From positions 1 to 57,671 of IMG/VR virus record IMGVR_UViG_3300037861_000188: DNA of 57,671 nucleotides; one strand, 5' to 3'. The notes beneath the pieces are model-generated. The model saw only the letters and a program-made list of their open reading frames with translations. It was not told where the DNA came from and did not search any database. This stretch comes from a virus (taxonomy: Duplodnaviria > Caudoviricetes). The stretch's first letter is position 1, and each line of letters begins with the position of its first letter. A program made the position numbers and the translations under genes. Positions 56,459 through 57,671 of this stretch are shown here, piece after piece.

Positions 56459-57671
56459 TTTGACTAATTGTTACAAGAATTACCTCTGTACCACTATCTT
56501 TTTTTATTAGTTCAAAAAATATGTAATTGTCCACATTTGGCGAGTAATACCCTGCTACCAAAACTGATCTTGTGGGAGGCGTAAACGATGCTGCTCTATG
56601 CTTTACAATAACAACAACTCCTCTAATTGCGCCAGTAAAATCATAAGTCATTGCACCAGTAATTACGAATGTATTTCCGTGAATATATCCGCCAAAGCTG
56701 TCAAACTTAATTACTGTTGACTGGGTTTCTATTAGCTCTATTATCCCCCCACCCTCTACAACCGAACCATACCTAGCCAAAAAACCAATCTCAACCTCAT
56801 AAGGTGAATTGTTAAAAAAATCAGTCAAAGGCACTTGGCTGTTTTGAAAGACAATTCGAAATTGAATGCGTCCCCAATAGTGGTTTGACCTGTGGTAAAC
56901 CGCAAATCTATTCCCGGCTAATTGGTAAAGCACGAATTCCCCTGCACTCGATCCTGGACTTGTTACAATCTGAACAGTTTCAGGAATTATAACCCTTGAA
57001 GTGTCAGCGGTAAAGCTAAGCCTGAGTTCCTGCGCTCCGCTGCCATCAAAATTAACACCATTCTTTGGCTCTGCATAATGTAAGATAAAGCTGTAATTAT
57101 TCGAAATACTTAAATCAGTTTCAAATATCTTCGCAAACTGCCCCGTACTGTTTGGGGTAACGGCAGTTGTCATCCTGATTACGCTAAAATCATTTTGTAA
57201 AGGAGTTATTACCTCTACAACCGAACCATACCTAGCCAAAAAACCAATCTCAACCTCATAAGGTGAATTGTTAAAAAAATCAGTCAAAGGCACTTGGCTG
57301 TTTTGAAAGACAATTCGAAATTGAATGCGTCCCCAATAGTGGTTTGACCTGTGGTAAACCGCAAATCTATTCCCGGCTAATTGGTAAAGCACGAATTCCC
57401 CTGCACTCGATCCTGGACTTGTTACAATCTGAACAGTTTCAGGAATTATAACCCTTGAAGTGTCAGCGGTAAAGCTAAGCCTGAGTTCCTGCGCTCCGCT
57501 GCCATCAAAATTAACACCATTCTTTGGCTCTGCATAATGTAAGATAAAGCTGTAATTATTCGAAATACTTAAATCAGTTTCAAATATCTTCGCAAACTGC
57601 CCCGTACTGTTTGGGGTAACGGCAGTTGTCATCCTGATTACGCTAAAATCATTTTGTAAAGGAGTTATTAC
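56451..57671 (-). CDS. 3' part of the origin-spanning tail fibre gene with exact 153-aa duplication
   Basis: Open frame continuing from ATG 574 across the join; two identical 153-aa units. Confidence 0.85.
   Translation of the reverse strand, partial: VITPLQNDFSVIRMTTAVTPNSTGQFAKIFETDLSISNNYSFILHYAEPKNGVNFDGSGAQELRLSFTADTSRVIIPETVQIVTSPGSSAGEFVLYQLAGNRFAVYHRSNHYWGRIQFRIVFQNSQVPLTDFFNNSPYEVEIGFLARYGSVVEVITPLQNDFSVIRMTTAVTPNSTGQFAKIFETDLSISNNYSFILHYAEPKNGVNFDGSGAQELRLSFTADTSRVIIPETVQIVTSPGSSAGEFVLYQLAGNRFAVYHRSNHYWGRIQFRIVFQNSQVPLTDFFNNSPYEVEIGFLARYGSVVEGGGIIELIETQSTVIKFDSFGGYIHGNTFVITGAMTYDFTGAIRGVVVIVKHRAASFTPPTRSVLVAGYYSPNVDNYIFFELIKKDSGTEVILVTISQNV
56753..57670. repeat. Exact in-frame 459-bp tandem duplication
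   Basis: 56753-57211 equals 57212-57670. Confidence 0.95.
57545..57671. repeat. Terminal direct repeat (circular overlap), right copy
   Basis: Identical to 1-127. Confidence 0.95.

Noticed and set aside
56753-57670. Repeat pair as a DGR template/variable region
   Set aside because: Copies are identical with no adenine-specific differences, and no reverse transcriptase is present.

Overview
Complete, circularly assembled ~57.5 kb tailed-phage genome: bases 1-127 equal 57545-57671, and one tail-fibre gene runs across the join. The host is probably a Bacteroidota bacterium, judged from TAnnTTTG promoters and A-rich translation starts lacking Shine-Dalgarno sequences. Modules: short-tail morphogenesis (terS, terL, P22-like portal, scaffold, major capsid, adaptors, nozzle, several tail-fibre/receptor-binding cassettes); a 4253-aa injected polyvalent DarB-like protein (SF2 helicase, N6-MTase, zincin-like motifs, ART-like and LPD38-like regions); replication/recombination (SMC-like ATPase, RecT, MBL nuclease, SSB, initiator with internal iterons); lysis (holin, GH19 endolysin, spanin-like lipoprotein); and accessory genes. 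I found no integrase, CI-type repressor, DNA polymerase, tRNA or CRISPR array. The main candidate new system is non-coding. A ~90-nt small RNA at ~51195-51287 (minus strand) has its own promoter, a GNRA hairpin and a terminator. Its unpaired seed UUGUCCUGUUCG is complementary to a CGAACAGGACAA-type motif found, in sense orientation, at the translation starts of about 12 early/middle genes and at no structural or lysis gene start. Also present: four conserved leader/terminator elements heading late operons, a second candidate sRNA, and two genes nested out of frame inside the giant gene. Family assignments are from motif recognition only; no database search was run.
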